Virus record (IMG/VR): IMGVR_UViG_3300033145_001147 | Span: 1-63,731 of that record | Strand: one strand, 5' to 3' | Length of the DNA stretch: 63,731 bases | DNA from: a virus | Taxonomy: Duplodnaviria > Caudoviricetes | In this document: positions 19,882 to 28,632 of the stretch, one piece after another | Position numbering within the stretch: position 1 is the first letter of the stretch | How the letters are laid out: each line of letters starts with the position of its first letter | The notes under the pieces: generated by a model | Database searches by the model: none | Told to the model about the DNA's origin: nothing | The model's input: only the letters and a program-made list of their open reading frames with translations | Program-made: the position numbers and the translations under genes

Positions 19882-20567
19882 AAATAGCAAAACTTTTTAT
19901 CAAAGGAATGAGGGTTCCTTTAGAGTTAACAGAGAATCAAGGACTACAAGCAAAGTCTATTAAAGAAGATATTAATATTCTTAATAGTGAAACTGTTGAT
20001 ATTGGAGATACTTGGACAGGAGAAAAAGGAGATATTAGGTTTATTATTTTTGAAAATGTTGCTGAATATAAAGATGAAAGTAAATTTAGTAACCAAGAAT
20101 TAAGAGATTTTGAAGAGGAATTAAGACCTTATTTCTTGAAAGAAACAGATAGTGAATTTATGGATTTGGTTAATAGTTTAGTTAAGGATATTATAGCTGA
20201 TAGAAAAATGTTTTGTTCTACAGAAATGTTAAAACAAATTAAAATCATTAGAGATTTACATTTGAAAGAAGAAGATATAATTGAAAAAGCAAAAGAAATG
20301 ATTCGTGATAAATATATTGGAACTCTTACTAAAACAGGAGAAATGAGATATTTAATTGATAAACGAGTGATTAAAATGAATGACGATGGAAAAGATTTTT
20401 CTGTGATACAAAATTCTGATAAAACTATTCCTTATAATGATTTGAACAATAAATTATGTGAATATAGTGATTATAAAAGTCGTATTGCTTATGCCAAACA
20501 AATGGATGTTAAAAGATTAGAGGAAACTGCAGAGCAAATGGGGGTTGAAAGTGAACAAGAATTTTAA
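19878..20567 (+). CDS. hypothetical protein
   Basis: overlapping ORF in operon. Confidence 0.7.
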   Translation: MKIAKLFIKGMRVPLELTENQGLQAKSIKEDINILNSETVDIGDTWTGEKGDIRFIIFENVAEYKDESKFSNQELRDFEEELRPYFLKETDSEFMDLVNSLVKDIIADRKMFCSTEMLKQIKIIRDLHLKEEDIIEKAKEMIRDKYIGTLTKTGEMRYLIDKRVIKMNDDGKDFSVIQNSDKTIPYNDLNNKLCEYSDYKSRIAYAKQMDVKRLEETAEQMGVESEQEF

Positions 20568-20899
20568 TGATTTTGAGAAACAATTTTAACAAAAATGAAT
20601 TGCAGAAATGGTTTACTTATAACTTTACTTGTTGGTTTTGTAATAAGAATCATGCAGATTGTTTTCATCATATTATGGGGAGAGGGGAGGGGGATAGTAA
20701 ATGCGAGAGGTCAATATTGAATTCAGCCCCAATGAATAATCACGATTGCCATTTAAGAAATCACGGGAAATTAAGAACAAAAGAAAATCAAACAATATTA
20801 CTACAAAAAACAATGAAATATTTATTGAAGCAAAAATACGTTTTTTGCAATATAGATAAAGAATTCATTGAAAAGTATAAAGATTACTATTTAGGTTAA
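20567..20899 (+). CDS. HNH-like zinc-binding nuclease
   Basis: CWFC...FHHIMGR...N...CH. Confidence 0.6.
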   Translation: MILRNNFNKNELQKWFTYNFTCWFCNKNHADCFHHIMGRGEGDSKCERSILNSAPMNNHDCHLRNHGKLRTKENQTILLQKTMKYLLKQKYVFCNIDKEFIEKYKDYYLG

Positions 20900-20906
20900 A
20901 AAAATT

Positions 20907-21413
20907 ATGTCAGAAGAAATAAAAAAAGGAGAAAGTTTAGCTAATGAAGATTTTTACATAGCTCTTGTGGAAGATTGCCAAGCTATTAAAATTGAAAAGG
21001 AGTTTATTATCCGTGATGAAAAGATACAGACTCAGTGGGAGTTAGGGAAAAGAATAAAAGAAGCTATCACAGATGATATTAGTGTTAATGAAAGAGTTTT
21101 TAACGCGTTAGCGAATGATTTAGGGGTATCAGATAAGGATTTAAAATTAGCTTTAGATTTCTTTAATAAATTTAGAGGAGATTCTTACGAAGAAATAACA
21201 GAAAATGCTCCTTGGGATAAAGGTGCTAGTTGGATAAAAATCAGACAAGAATATTTAGGAGTTGAAAGAAAGAAAAGAGGAAGTGAAAAAAATTACAAAT
21301 TAACAGAAGTTTTGGACGTGTTCAAAAATTATGTGGTCGATAAATTTGATGATGAAGAAGAAGTTGAAAATGATGTAAATAAATTTAGAGAATTATTAAT
21401 TAACAAAAAATAA
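20907..21413 (+). CDS. hypothetical protein (DUF1016 N-terminal-like)
   Basis: WELGKRI...LANDLG motif. Confidence 0.55.
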   Translation: MSEEIKKGESLANEDFYIALVEDCQAIKIEKEFIIRDEKIQTQWELGKRIKEAITDDISVNERVFNALANDLGVSDKDLKLALDFFNKFRGDSYEEITENAPWDKGASWIKIRQEYLGVERKKRGSEKNYKLTEVLDVFKNYVVDKFDDEEEVENDVNKFRELLINKK

Positions 21414-21497
21414 TATGGAATATACAACAATAGATATTTTATTAGCAGTTGGTATATTGTTATCGGTAGTTTATACCTACGTAAGAACAAAATAATT

Positions 21498-21662
21498 ATG
21501 TCAAAGAAAAATAATGTAGAGTTTTTTAACCCTACAGTAGAAGAATTTATAGAAAAACATAAAAACATGACTCTTATAGGATTAGCTTGGGCTTTATGGT
21601 GGAGAATGTATGTAGTAGTTTTTATTGTAGCATTTGTCGTTAGTTTTTTATTAGAAATTTAA
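21498..21662 (+). CDS. small membrane protein
   Basis: 54-aa ORF with hydrophobic C-terminus. Confidence 0.55.
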   Translation: MSKKNNVEFFNPTVEEFIEKHKNMTLIGLAWALWWRMYVVVFIVAFVVSFLLEI

Positions 21663-21674
21663 TTATAAAATAAC

Positions 21675-21836
21675 ATGGAATTAATCATAACATTAATTAT
21701 TTGGGGTGGAGCAGTAATTGTTTCATATCAAATGGCAGAAAAAAGAGGTTTGAACACTTCTTACGCTATTATTGGAGGATTGATATTTGGATGGTTGGCT
21801 CCTTTGTATTATCTTATTTTTCGAAAAATGAAATAA
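21675..21836 (+). CDS. small membrane protein
   Basis: 53-aa ORF with two hydrophobic segments. Confidence 0.55.
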   Translation: MELIITLIIWGGAVIVSYQMAEKRGLNTSYAIIGGLIFGWLAPLYYLIFRKMK

Positions 21837-22295
21837 TTGTGCTATAATTCAGGAATGGAAAGATGGACAAAAAAACAATTAGATAATTATAGAAAAAAAC
21901 AACATAAAAAGGTGAGGGCTCATATTTATAAAAATGGTTGGTATGATATTAATGGAAAGAAAATGTATTTCAGAAGTTTATGGGAAGTTAATTATGCTTT
22001 ATATTTAGACTTCTTGGTCAGAATGAAAAAAATAAAATCTTGGAAATATGAGCCTAAAATCTTTTGGTTTTTGAAAATCAAAAGAGGAGTAAGAAGTTAT
22101 ACTCCTGATTTTGAAATAAAAAATAATGATAATTCAATTCATTATGAAGAAGTAAAAGGATATATGGATAGTAAAAGTAAAACTAAGATTAAAAGAATGG
22201 CGAAATATTATCCTGAAGTTAAATTAAAAGTGATAGACCAAGAAATTTATAAAGACTTAAAAAATAAAATTGGTAAGTTATTAAAATTTTATTAA
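21837..22295 (+). CDS. PD-(D/E)XK endonuclease (DUF1064-like); likely start ATG 21855
   Basis: FRSLWE, YTPDF, EVKG. Confidence 0.8.
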   Translation: MCYNSGMERWTKKQLDNYRKKQHKKVRAHIYKNGWYDINGKKMYFRSLWEVNYALYLDFLVRMKKIKSWKYEPKIFWFLKIKRGVRSYTPDFEIKNNDNSIHYEEVKGYMDSKSKTKIKRMAKYYPEVKLKVIDQEIYKDLKNKIGKLLKFY

Positions 22296-22437
22296 TTAAT
22301 TAAAAATGTAATGAAAAAATAATTTTATTTGATTTTAATAGAAAAATAATATATAATTAAGTTAATTAAAAATTAGCTTTGCAACTAAGAATGACGAACT
22401 ACTTGCAAAGCGGTTCGTCATTTTTGGTTTATATATT

Positions 22438-23184
22438 ATGCATAAAAATTTCAAAGATTTAACAGGACAAAAGTTTGGTCGGTTAGTAGTAATTAAAAAA
22501 GTTAATAAAAACAAACAAGGTAAATATTATTGGTTGTGTCAATGTGAATGTGGTAATAAAAAGAAGATTATGGGATGTAATCTTAAAAGTGGAGCTACAA
22601 AAAGTTGTGGTTGTTTACAAAAGGAAATGAGGATGAAAAGAGGTCATATACCTTGGAATAAAGGAATACCAATGAATATAAAAACTAAAAATAAACTTAG
22701 TAATATTTTGAAAGGTAAAAAAAGAACGAAGGAATTTAAAACACATTTATCAAAAATATCAAAAGGAAATACAAGGGCATTAGGATATAAACATACTGAA
22801 AAAGCAAAAAAGAAAATATCTGAAGCACAAATGAAAGAAAAACATCACAATTGGAAAGGAGGAATTACTCCTTTTAGAATTAAAATATGGCGTTCTAAAA
22901 GATATAAAGAATGGAGAGATTCAGTATTTAAATGAGATAATTATACTTGTCAGATGTGTAAATTAAAAGGTTGTAAATTAGAAGCTTATCATATATTAAA
23001 ATTCAGTGATTATGTTTCTAAACGATTTGATGTTAATAATGGAATTACTCTTTGTGTTTTATGCCATAATAAAACAAAAAGAAAAGAAAATAAATATGTC
23101 GATATTTTTAATAAAATAATAAAATTAAAAAAAAATGAAAAAACTTTGCTTTCTAGACACGGAAACAACAGGATTAACACCTAA
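22438..23184 (+). pseudogene. HNH homing endonuclease with in-frame nonsense codon
   Basis: VFK*DNYTCQMC: TGA 22933-22935 where paralogues have Arg; AHH changed to AYH. Confidence 0.8.
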
Positions 23185-23857
23185 AGATAGGTTATGTCAG
23201 GTTGCTTATAAAGTAGAAGATAAAGTTGTAAATGAATATTTCAAACCAGAAGTTCCTATTTGTGTTGATGCAATGTCAGTAAGTCATATTACAAATAAAA
23301 TAGTTGAAGATAAACCAGTTTTCAAAAACAGTGATGTTTATAAAGAATTAGTTCAATTATCTTTAGATGATGATAATATCTTAGTTGCTCATAATGCTCC
23401 TTTTGATATTGATATGCTTTTAAGGGAAGGAATTGAATTTAAGAATTTTATCTGCACAAAAAGGATTGCGCAACATTTGGATGAAGATGCAAAAATTCCA
23501 AGATACAATATGCAATATTTAAGATATTTATTAGATTTAGATGTCGAAGGGACTGCTCATGATGCTTTAGGGGATATTATAGTGCTAGAAGCATTATTTA
23601 ATAGGTTGTTAAAAAGTATGGCTGATAAAAATGATTTACCTCCAGTAGATGAAATGTATAAAATGATGGTAGAGATTTCAAGTAAACCTGCTTTGATTAA
23701 AAAGTTTCCATTTGGGAAACATAAAGGAAAATTATTAAGTGATGTTGTTATTGAAGATAGGGGTTATCTTGAATGGCTTTATGGACAAAAAAGTAATGAG
23801 GAAATTTTGGATGAAGAATGGATATTTACATTGAAACATTATCTACAATTGCCTTAA
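23135..23857 (+). CDS. DEDDh 3'-5' exonuclease (ExoX/DnaQ-like)
   Basis: LDTETTG, AHNAPFD, AHDALGD; C-terminal PFGKHKG. Confidence 0.9.
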   Translation: MKKLCFLDTETTGLTPKDRLCQVAYKVEDKVVNEYFKPEVPICVDAMSVSHITNKIVEDKPVFKNSDVYKELVQLSLDDDNILVAHNAPFDIDMLLREGIEFKNFICTKRIAQHLDEDAKIPRYNMQYLRYLLDLDVEGTAHDALGDIIVLEALFNRLLKSMADKNDLPPVDEMYKMMVEISSKPALIKKFPFGKHKGKLLSDVVIEDRGYLEWLYGQKSNEEILDEEWIFTLKHYLQLP

Positions 23858-23863
23858 TAATAG

Positions 23864-23908
23864 TTATCCACACTTTTACTTGATTATAATAGTTATATAA
23901 TATATAAT
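23864..23908 (+). promoter_or_regulatory. DnaA box plus sigma70-type promoter
   Basis: TTATCCACA 23864-23872, TTGATT-17-TATAAT 23880-23908. Confidence 0.75.
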
Positions 23909-23976
23909 ACATATAAGAAAGTAAAAATATTGTTCTTTGAAAAATGGATAGAGGTAAATTAGAAAAATAACAGCTT

Positions 23977-24240
23977 ATGTTTATATTTACCAAAAAAAAG
24001 AATTTAAAACACAATCAAAAGCCTTTGGATATTTATTTCAGTTCATTGGAAGAGGCTTATGGAAATTTACCAGTCCCTTCAGACGATTGGGCAGGTATTA
24101 GAAAAGAATTATTAAAGTCATACAAAACTGAGTGGGAAGTTGATGAAAAAATCGTTGAATTAGGAAATGCTATTGAAACTATAAGAGAACATTATTTAGA
24201 TGTAGCAGAAGTTTTGGAAAAACAAACAATTTATAGTTAA
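23977..24240 (+). CDS. hypothetical protein enclosed by a 27-bp inverted repeat
   Basis: 87-aa ORF between arms 23927-23953 and 24255-24281. Confidence 0.6.
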   Translation: MFIFTKKKNLKHNQKPLDIYFSSLEEAYGNLPVPSDDWAGIRKELLKSYKTEWEVDEKIVELGNAIETIREHYLDVAEVLEKQTIYS

Positions 24241-24296
24241 TTATTATCAACACACTCTATCCATTTTTTAGAGAACAATATATATAGAAGATGTTC

Positions 24297-24788
24297 TTTG
24301 AAAATTAAATAGAGAGGTAGCCAAAAAGGGAAGGCAATAGGGATAGACCGCTACAATACGAATCTATCCAATTTGTAATAGTGCAGATACAAACCTATGA
24401 GATGACCTTTTTAATTTACCGCCGTGATTTGCAACAAATGTTTGGTAGAATAGCATCGCTGAACAGTAGAGCTAATTATTTAACAACCTTTAAGAAAATG
24501 ATAAATTCTTAAAAAAGTTGTTAAACAAAAAGCGAGTTTAACTCTAATTCTATGTAGGGCAATCCTTGAGTTAATCAATGTCGGGCAGTGATAGGTGTAA
24601 GATAAGTTGAACATCCCATTATCAAAGCTCTCGCAAGGAGTATGGGAGGAGTAATCCAACCAAGTAGGATTTAACAAGCTAATTAAATTTTATTTGGAGT
24701 AATATAGTAAACTGAACTTTTGAACTGGAACTAATAATTAAAAATATGACTAAGTCCAATTTCTCATCCTCTCTATTTAATTTTCAAA
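24297..24788 (+). ncRNA. candidate large structured ncRNA
   Basis: no plus-strand ORF of 60 aa or more, perfect 21-bp closing stem, many internal hairpins and GNRA-type loops. Confidence 0.65.
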
Positions 24789-24824
24789 AGATAAAAAAAT
24801 TAATAATTAATAAGATGAAGTATT

Positions 24825-26318
24825 ATGTCTAAGTTTAACGAAAATACAAAAGAAAAAGATGTGGTTGAAAACCATGAAGGTGCAGTAGCATATTCATTAT
24901 CTCCAGAAATGGAATTATATAGTGCTGTTGTTACATCATCACTTTCTAATAAGTTTTATGAATCAGAAAATGAAACTTTAGAAAGAATTAAAGGATTGAT
25001 TAAAAAAGTTTCTCCAGAATTTGTTGGTAAATTAGCTGTATATGCTAGAGAACAAATGTATTTGAGAAGCATTCCTTTAGTTCTTACTACAGAATTAGCA
25101 AAGATTCATAATGGAGATAATTTAGTAAGTAAAATTGTTCAAAGAGTAGTTAAGAGAGCAGATGAAATTACTGAATTGCTTTCATATTATGCTTTAGCAA
25201 ATGAAAGAACTGATACAAAGAAATTAGGAAAATTATCTAGTCAATTTAGAAAAGGATTAAATTATTCATTTAATAAGTTTAATGAATACAATTTTGCAAA
25301 ATACAATAGAAAGAAAGAAATTACCTTGAAAGATGCTTTGTTTATTGTTCATCCTAAAGCAATTTCAAGAGAACAACAAGATTTGTTTGATAAGATTGTA
25401 GATGATAAATTAGAAGTTCCAGATACTTGGGAAACTCAATTAGGAAAAACTGATGATAGAAAAACAGAATGGGAAGGATTAATTGATAGAAATAGTTTAA
25501 AATATATGGCACTTTTGCGTAATTTACGAAATATCTTGCAAGCAAAAGTTTCGCAAAAGCATTTAACTGTTGTTGCTGGAAGATTAGGTAATAAAGAAGA
25601 AGTTGTTAAATCAAAACAATTCCCATTTAGATTTTTGTCAGCATATAAGGAAATCAAAGATACAGTTGATGGAAAATCTGGAATGATATTAGATGCTTTA
25701 GAAGATGCAATGGTAGCAAGTGCTGAAAATATTCAAGGATTTGATTATGATATTTCAGTATTATTAGCTTGTGATGTATCAGGCTCAATGGAAACTTCAA
25801 TTTCTGATAGAAGTAAAGTTCAGTTATTTGATATCGGTTTATCATTAGCAATGCTTTTGAGAAATAGATGCAAAAATGTTATTACTGGAATGTTTGGAGA
25901 TACTTGGAAAGCAATCAATGTTCCTAAACAAAACATTTTAGCTAATGTAATGGAGTTCCATAAAAGAGAAGGAGAAGTTGGATATTCAACAAATGGATAT
26001 AAAGTTATTCAAGATTTAATTGACAAAAAAATGAAAATTGATAAGATTATGATATTCACAGATTGTCAGTTATGGGATAGCGAAGAAGGATGGGGTGACG
26101 GCAAACATATCAAAGATTTGTGGAAAGAATACAAAAAGATTTCTCCAAATTCAAAATTATACTTATTTGATTTAGCTGGATATGGAGATACTCCGTTATC
26201 AGTAAAAAGAAATGATGTGTTTTTGATTAGTGGTTTTTCAGACAAAGTTTTTGATATGTTGGATGCTTACGAGAATGGTTCTAATGCATTAGATGTTATA
26301 AGTAAAATTGAATTATAA
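24825..26318 (+). CDS. rsr: Ro60/Rsr TROVE-vWA RNA-binding protein
   Basis: KLAVYARE, FAKYNR, TWET, MALLRNLRNI, PFRFLSA, vWA DVSGSM and FTDCQ. Confidence 0.93.
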   Translation: MSKFNENTKEKDVVENHEGAVAYSLSPEMELYSAVVTSSLSNKFYESENETLERIKGLIKKVSPEFVGKLAVYAREQMYLRSIPLVLTTELAKIHNGDNLVSKIVQRVVKRADEITELLSYYALANERTDTKKLGKLSSQFRKGLNYSFNKFNEYNFAKYNRKKEITLKDALFIVHPKAISREQQDLFDKIVDDKLEVPDTWETQLGKTDDRKTEWEGLIDRNSLKYMALLRNLRNILQAKVSQKHLTVVAGRLGNKEEVVKSKQFPFRFLSAYKEIKDTVDGKSGMILDALEDAMVASAENIQGFDYDISVLLACDVSGSMETSISDRSKVQLFDIGLSLAMLLRNRCKNVITGMFGDTWKAINVPKQNILANVMEFHKREGEVGYSTNGYKVIQDLIDKKMKIDKIMIFTDCQLWDSEEGWGDGKHIKDLWKEYKKISPNSKLYLFDLAGYGDTPLSVKRNDVFLISGFSDKVFDMLDAYENGSNALDVISKIEL

Positions 26319-26321
26319 TTT

Positions 26322-27029
26322 ATGAAATATGGTATAATATATAAAGTAGAAAATATTCAGAATAGAAAGATTTATATTGGTCAGACTATTAAATCATTAG
26401 ATGAACGAAAGTATGAACATATATATCAATCTATAAAAAAAGATAGTCAATATTATTTTCATAAAGCAATTAGGAAATATGGAAAAGATAGTTTTAGATG
26501 GAATGTTATTTGTAAATGTAATAATATAGATGAACTTAATGATATAGAAATAAAACAGATAAAAAAACATAATTCAAATAATTGTAAATATGGTTATAAT
26601 TTGGACAGTGGTGGTAGTAATGCTATCCCAAATAAAGAAATAAAAAATAAGATTAGTCAAACATTAAAAGGTCATATAACATCTGATATAACTAAACAAA
26701 AGATTAGAAATTCATTAAAAGGAAATATTCCTTGGAATAAAGGTCAGAAAATAGGGAAAGTAAATATTAGTAAAGATGTAAGAAAAAGAAAAAGTCAATT
26801 ATTAAAAAAACAATGGAAAGATAATAATTTTGTAAATAAAATAAAGAATGCAACATTAAAAGCAAATTCAAAACAATGGATTGTTATAGAACCAAATGGT
26901 AAAGAAATTGTTGTTGATAGATTGGTTGAATTTTGTAAAAAAAATAATTTATGTGACAGAAATATGAGAGCAGTTGCTAATAAAACAAGAAATAGTCATA
27001 AGGGTTGGAAATGTAAGTATTCGATATGA
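26322..27029 (+). CDS. GIY-YIG homing endonuclease
   Basis: GIIY...IYIGQT...R...E...GYN with NUMOD-like C-terminus. Confidence 0.9.
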   Translation: MKYGIIYKVENIQNRKIYIGQTIKSLDERKYEHIYQSIKKDSQYYFHKAIRKYGKDSFRWNVICKCNNIDELNDIEIKQIKKHNSNNCKYGYNLDSGGSNAIPNKEIKNKISQTLKGHITSDITKQKIRNSLKGNIPWNKGQKIGKVNISKDVRKRKSQLLKKQWKDNNFVNKIKNATLKANSKQWIVIEPNGKEIVVDRLVEFCKKNNLCDRNMRAVANKTRNSHKGWKCKYSI

Positions 27030-27088
27030 TGGAAGCATTGGAAAATGGAAGCACAAATGTTAAAGAAATTGAAAAGATAGAGTTATAG
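27017..27088 (+). pseudogene. displaced alternative 3' end of Ro60
   Basis: VFDMMEALENGSTNVKEIEKIEL* versus Ro60 VFDMLDAYENGSNALDVISKIEL*. Confidence 0.8.
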
Positions 27089-27105
27089 TTCATTAAAAAA
27101 ATATA

Positions 27106-27233
27106 AAGGTGCCGTAGATAAGAGTTACTTCTTGGCACTGGCAATGAAGGTTCAATTCCTTCTACTTCGAACATCGGAGTATCGTCTAATGGTAGGACTC
27201 CAGTTTATAGTCTTTTTTCGCTTGTTGCCCCTT
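27106..27233 (+). ncRNA. Y RNA (YrlA-like) 1 with tRNA-like domain
   Basis: terminal stem GGTGCCGTAG / CGCTTGTTGCC; internal T arm GAAGGTTCAATTCCTTC, loop-closed acceptor stem, D arm GTCTAATGGTAGGAC. Confidence 0.82.
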
Positions 27234-27244
27234 ATTCAAAAATT

Positions 27245-27377
27245 AGCAAAGGTGTCGTAGAGGAGAGTTACTTCAACTATTAATTGAAAGGTCGTTGGTT
27301 CGAGTCCAACCAAATCTTCGGATTTGTAGCTCAGTTGGTAGAGCATTATGTTCTTTTTTCGTTTGTTACCCTTTGCT
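27245..27377 (+). ncRNA. Y RNA (YrlA-like) 2 with tRNA-like domain
   Basis: same terminal motifs; T arm GTTGGTTCGAGTCCAAC, CAAATC-TTCG-GATTTG, D arm GCTCAGTTGGTAGAGC. Confidence 0.82.
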
Positions 27378-27387
27378 TGAAATCAAA

Positions 27388-27624
27388 TTGGAGGTGCCGT
27401 AAATAAGAGTTACTTCATCAATAAATTACAGAAGATAGATTCGTCTATCGTCTATATGGAAAATGGATTCGTCTGTTTTCTCCTTAGAAGAGAGTTCGAA
27501 CTCCTATAAATTCATTCGTGGATTTGTAGCCATAAGGCACAAACTTAGATTGCAATTTAATTAGAATCAGTTAAATATTTTAATTGAATTGTTAAATAGT
27601 CTTTTATTGTCTGTCGCCCTCCAA
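27388..27624 (+). ncRNA. Y RNA-like 3, expanded
   Basis: same terminal motifs; extra TTCG-capped hairpins, degenerate T and D arms. Confidence 0.72.
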
Positions 27625-27626
27625 AT

Positions 27627-27698
27627 GGCTCTATCATCTAATGGTAGGATAGCAGGTTTTCGACCTGATAATCGTGGGTTCAATTCCCCGTGGAGTCA
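27627..27698 (+). tRNA. tRNA-Glu(TTC), atypical
   Basis: cloverleaf GGCTCTA/TGGAGTC, anticodon loop TTTTCGA, bulged T stem, no encoded CCA. Confidence 0.7.
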
Positions 27699-27707
27699 CA
27701 AGAATTT

Positions 27708-27773
27708 ATAAGGTGCCGTAGATAAGAGTTACTTCTTCGGATTATTAAGTCTTTTATCGCTTGTTGCCCTTAT
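27708..27773 (+). ncRNA. minimal Y RNA-like 4 (terminal stem only)
   Basis: same 5' and 3' motifs with a short loop and no tRNA-like domain. Confidence 0.72.
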
Positions 27774-27775
27774 AT

Positions 27776-27847
27776 TGCGGGTAGGACGAATGGTAAGTCA
27801 GAAGCCTCATAAGCTTTAGAAATGGGTTCGATTCCCATACTCCGCAA
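27776..27847 (+). tRNA. tRNA with CAT anticodon (Met or Ile2), atypical acceptor stem
   Basis: GAAGC-CTCATAA-GCTTT anticodon arm, ATGGG-TTCGATT-CCCAT T arm. Confidence 0.7.
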
Positions 27848-27849
27848 CA

Positions 27850-28245
27850 ATGAATTTATTAAAAGAAAAAGAAATAAGAAATAAAACTATACATTATGGA
27901 TTTTCTTTAGGTGCTTATGCTTTAATGGAATTAGCAACGAAAAAGAATTTAGATAAAATTATATTAGTATCTCCAAGTCCGTTATTCAAAGATATGATAG
28001 GTAAGTTTCCTAAAAAATACCAAAAGACAGTTAGAAAAGAAATGATTAAGAATACAGTTTCAGAAATGTGTGCAAAAATAAATTGTGAAGTAGAAATTTA
28101 TGTAGGAGAAAAAGAACATCTTTTAATGAAACAAACAGCTAGGAAAATTGCAAAAGAATTTGGAATTAAATTAAATATAATTAAAGGAATGGAACATGAT
28201 AAAAAATTATTTGAAAAAGTTTTAAGTATTGAGAATGGAACATAA
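27850..28245 (+). CDS. minimal alpha/beta-hydrolase-like protein
   Basis: GFSLG nucleophile elbow, ILVSP, C-terminal His. Confidence 0.6.
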   Translation: MNLLKEKEIRNKTIHYGFSLGAYALMELATKKNLDKIILVSPSPLFKDMIGKFPKKYQKTVRKEMIKNTVSEMCAKINCEVEIYVGEKEHLLMKQTARKIAKEFGIKLNIIKGMEHDKKLFEKVLSIENGT

Positions 28246-28325
28246 AGTGTTTCATTCCCAATTCTTAATAAGGAGAATTGGAATTGTTCTTTACAGTAAA
28301 CATTAAATAGAATGGAGGTAGAAAA

Positions 28326-28556
28326 ATGGATACAAAGAAAAGGTATCAGCCCAATGCGAATGGCCGCAAGGAAAAAGATGGTTTTATCTGCTCCAGTGCC
28401 ACTTGGAAATGGTTTGACTGCGTTGCAGTTAAAATCGACAAAAAAGGTGTGTTTGTCCGAGATACAAAAGATGCGGCGGATACAACTTTGAGTTTCACTC
28501 ATAATGAGTGGAGAGCCTTCCTGAAAGGTGTTGGAAATGGCGAATTTGATGTTTAA
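28326..28556 (+). CDS. DUF397 family protein
   Basis: CVAV...VFVRDTKD....LSFTHNEWRAFLKGVGNGEFD; SD GGAGG. Confidence 0.8.
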   Translation: MDTKKRYQPNANGRKEKDGFICSSATWKWFDCVAVKIDKKGVFVRDTKDAADTTLSFTHNEWRAFLKGVGNGEFDV

Positions 28557-28563
28557 TTTTTTT

Positions 28564-28588
28564 AAGGGGGACTTGGAAAATCCCCCTT
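28564..28588 (+). terminator. GC hairpin, probable terminator
   Basis: AAGGGGGA/TCCCCCTT stem. Confidence 0.6.
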
Positions 28589-28632
28589 CATTTATAATAA
28601 AAATTATTAACTAATAAAAAAGTATAGAAACA

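Noticed and set aside
22933-22935. TGA reassigned (genetic code 4 or 25) or selenocysteine
   Set aside because: Single case at a position that is Arg in paralogues; TGA ends other ORFs (2438, 3633) and long genes are open in code 11
23927-24281. IS/MITE terminal inverted repeats or invertible segment
   Set aside because: No transposase or recombinase in the window, no target duplication seen, and deviations are G.U-compatible on one strand; not fully excluded
27137-27340. Standard or split tRNA genes inside Y RNA units 1 and 2
   Set aside because: Arm order is T, closed acceptor, D with no anticodon loop, which matches the YrlA mimic
27106-27773. CRISPR array
   Set aside because: Intervening lengths vary widely, each unit has paired 5' and 3' motifs with tRNA-like interiors, and no cas operon is present; Y RNAs fit better
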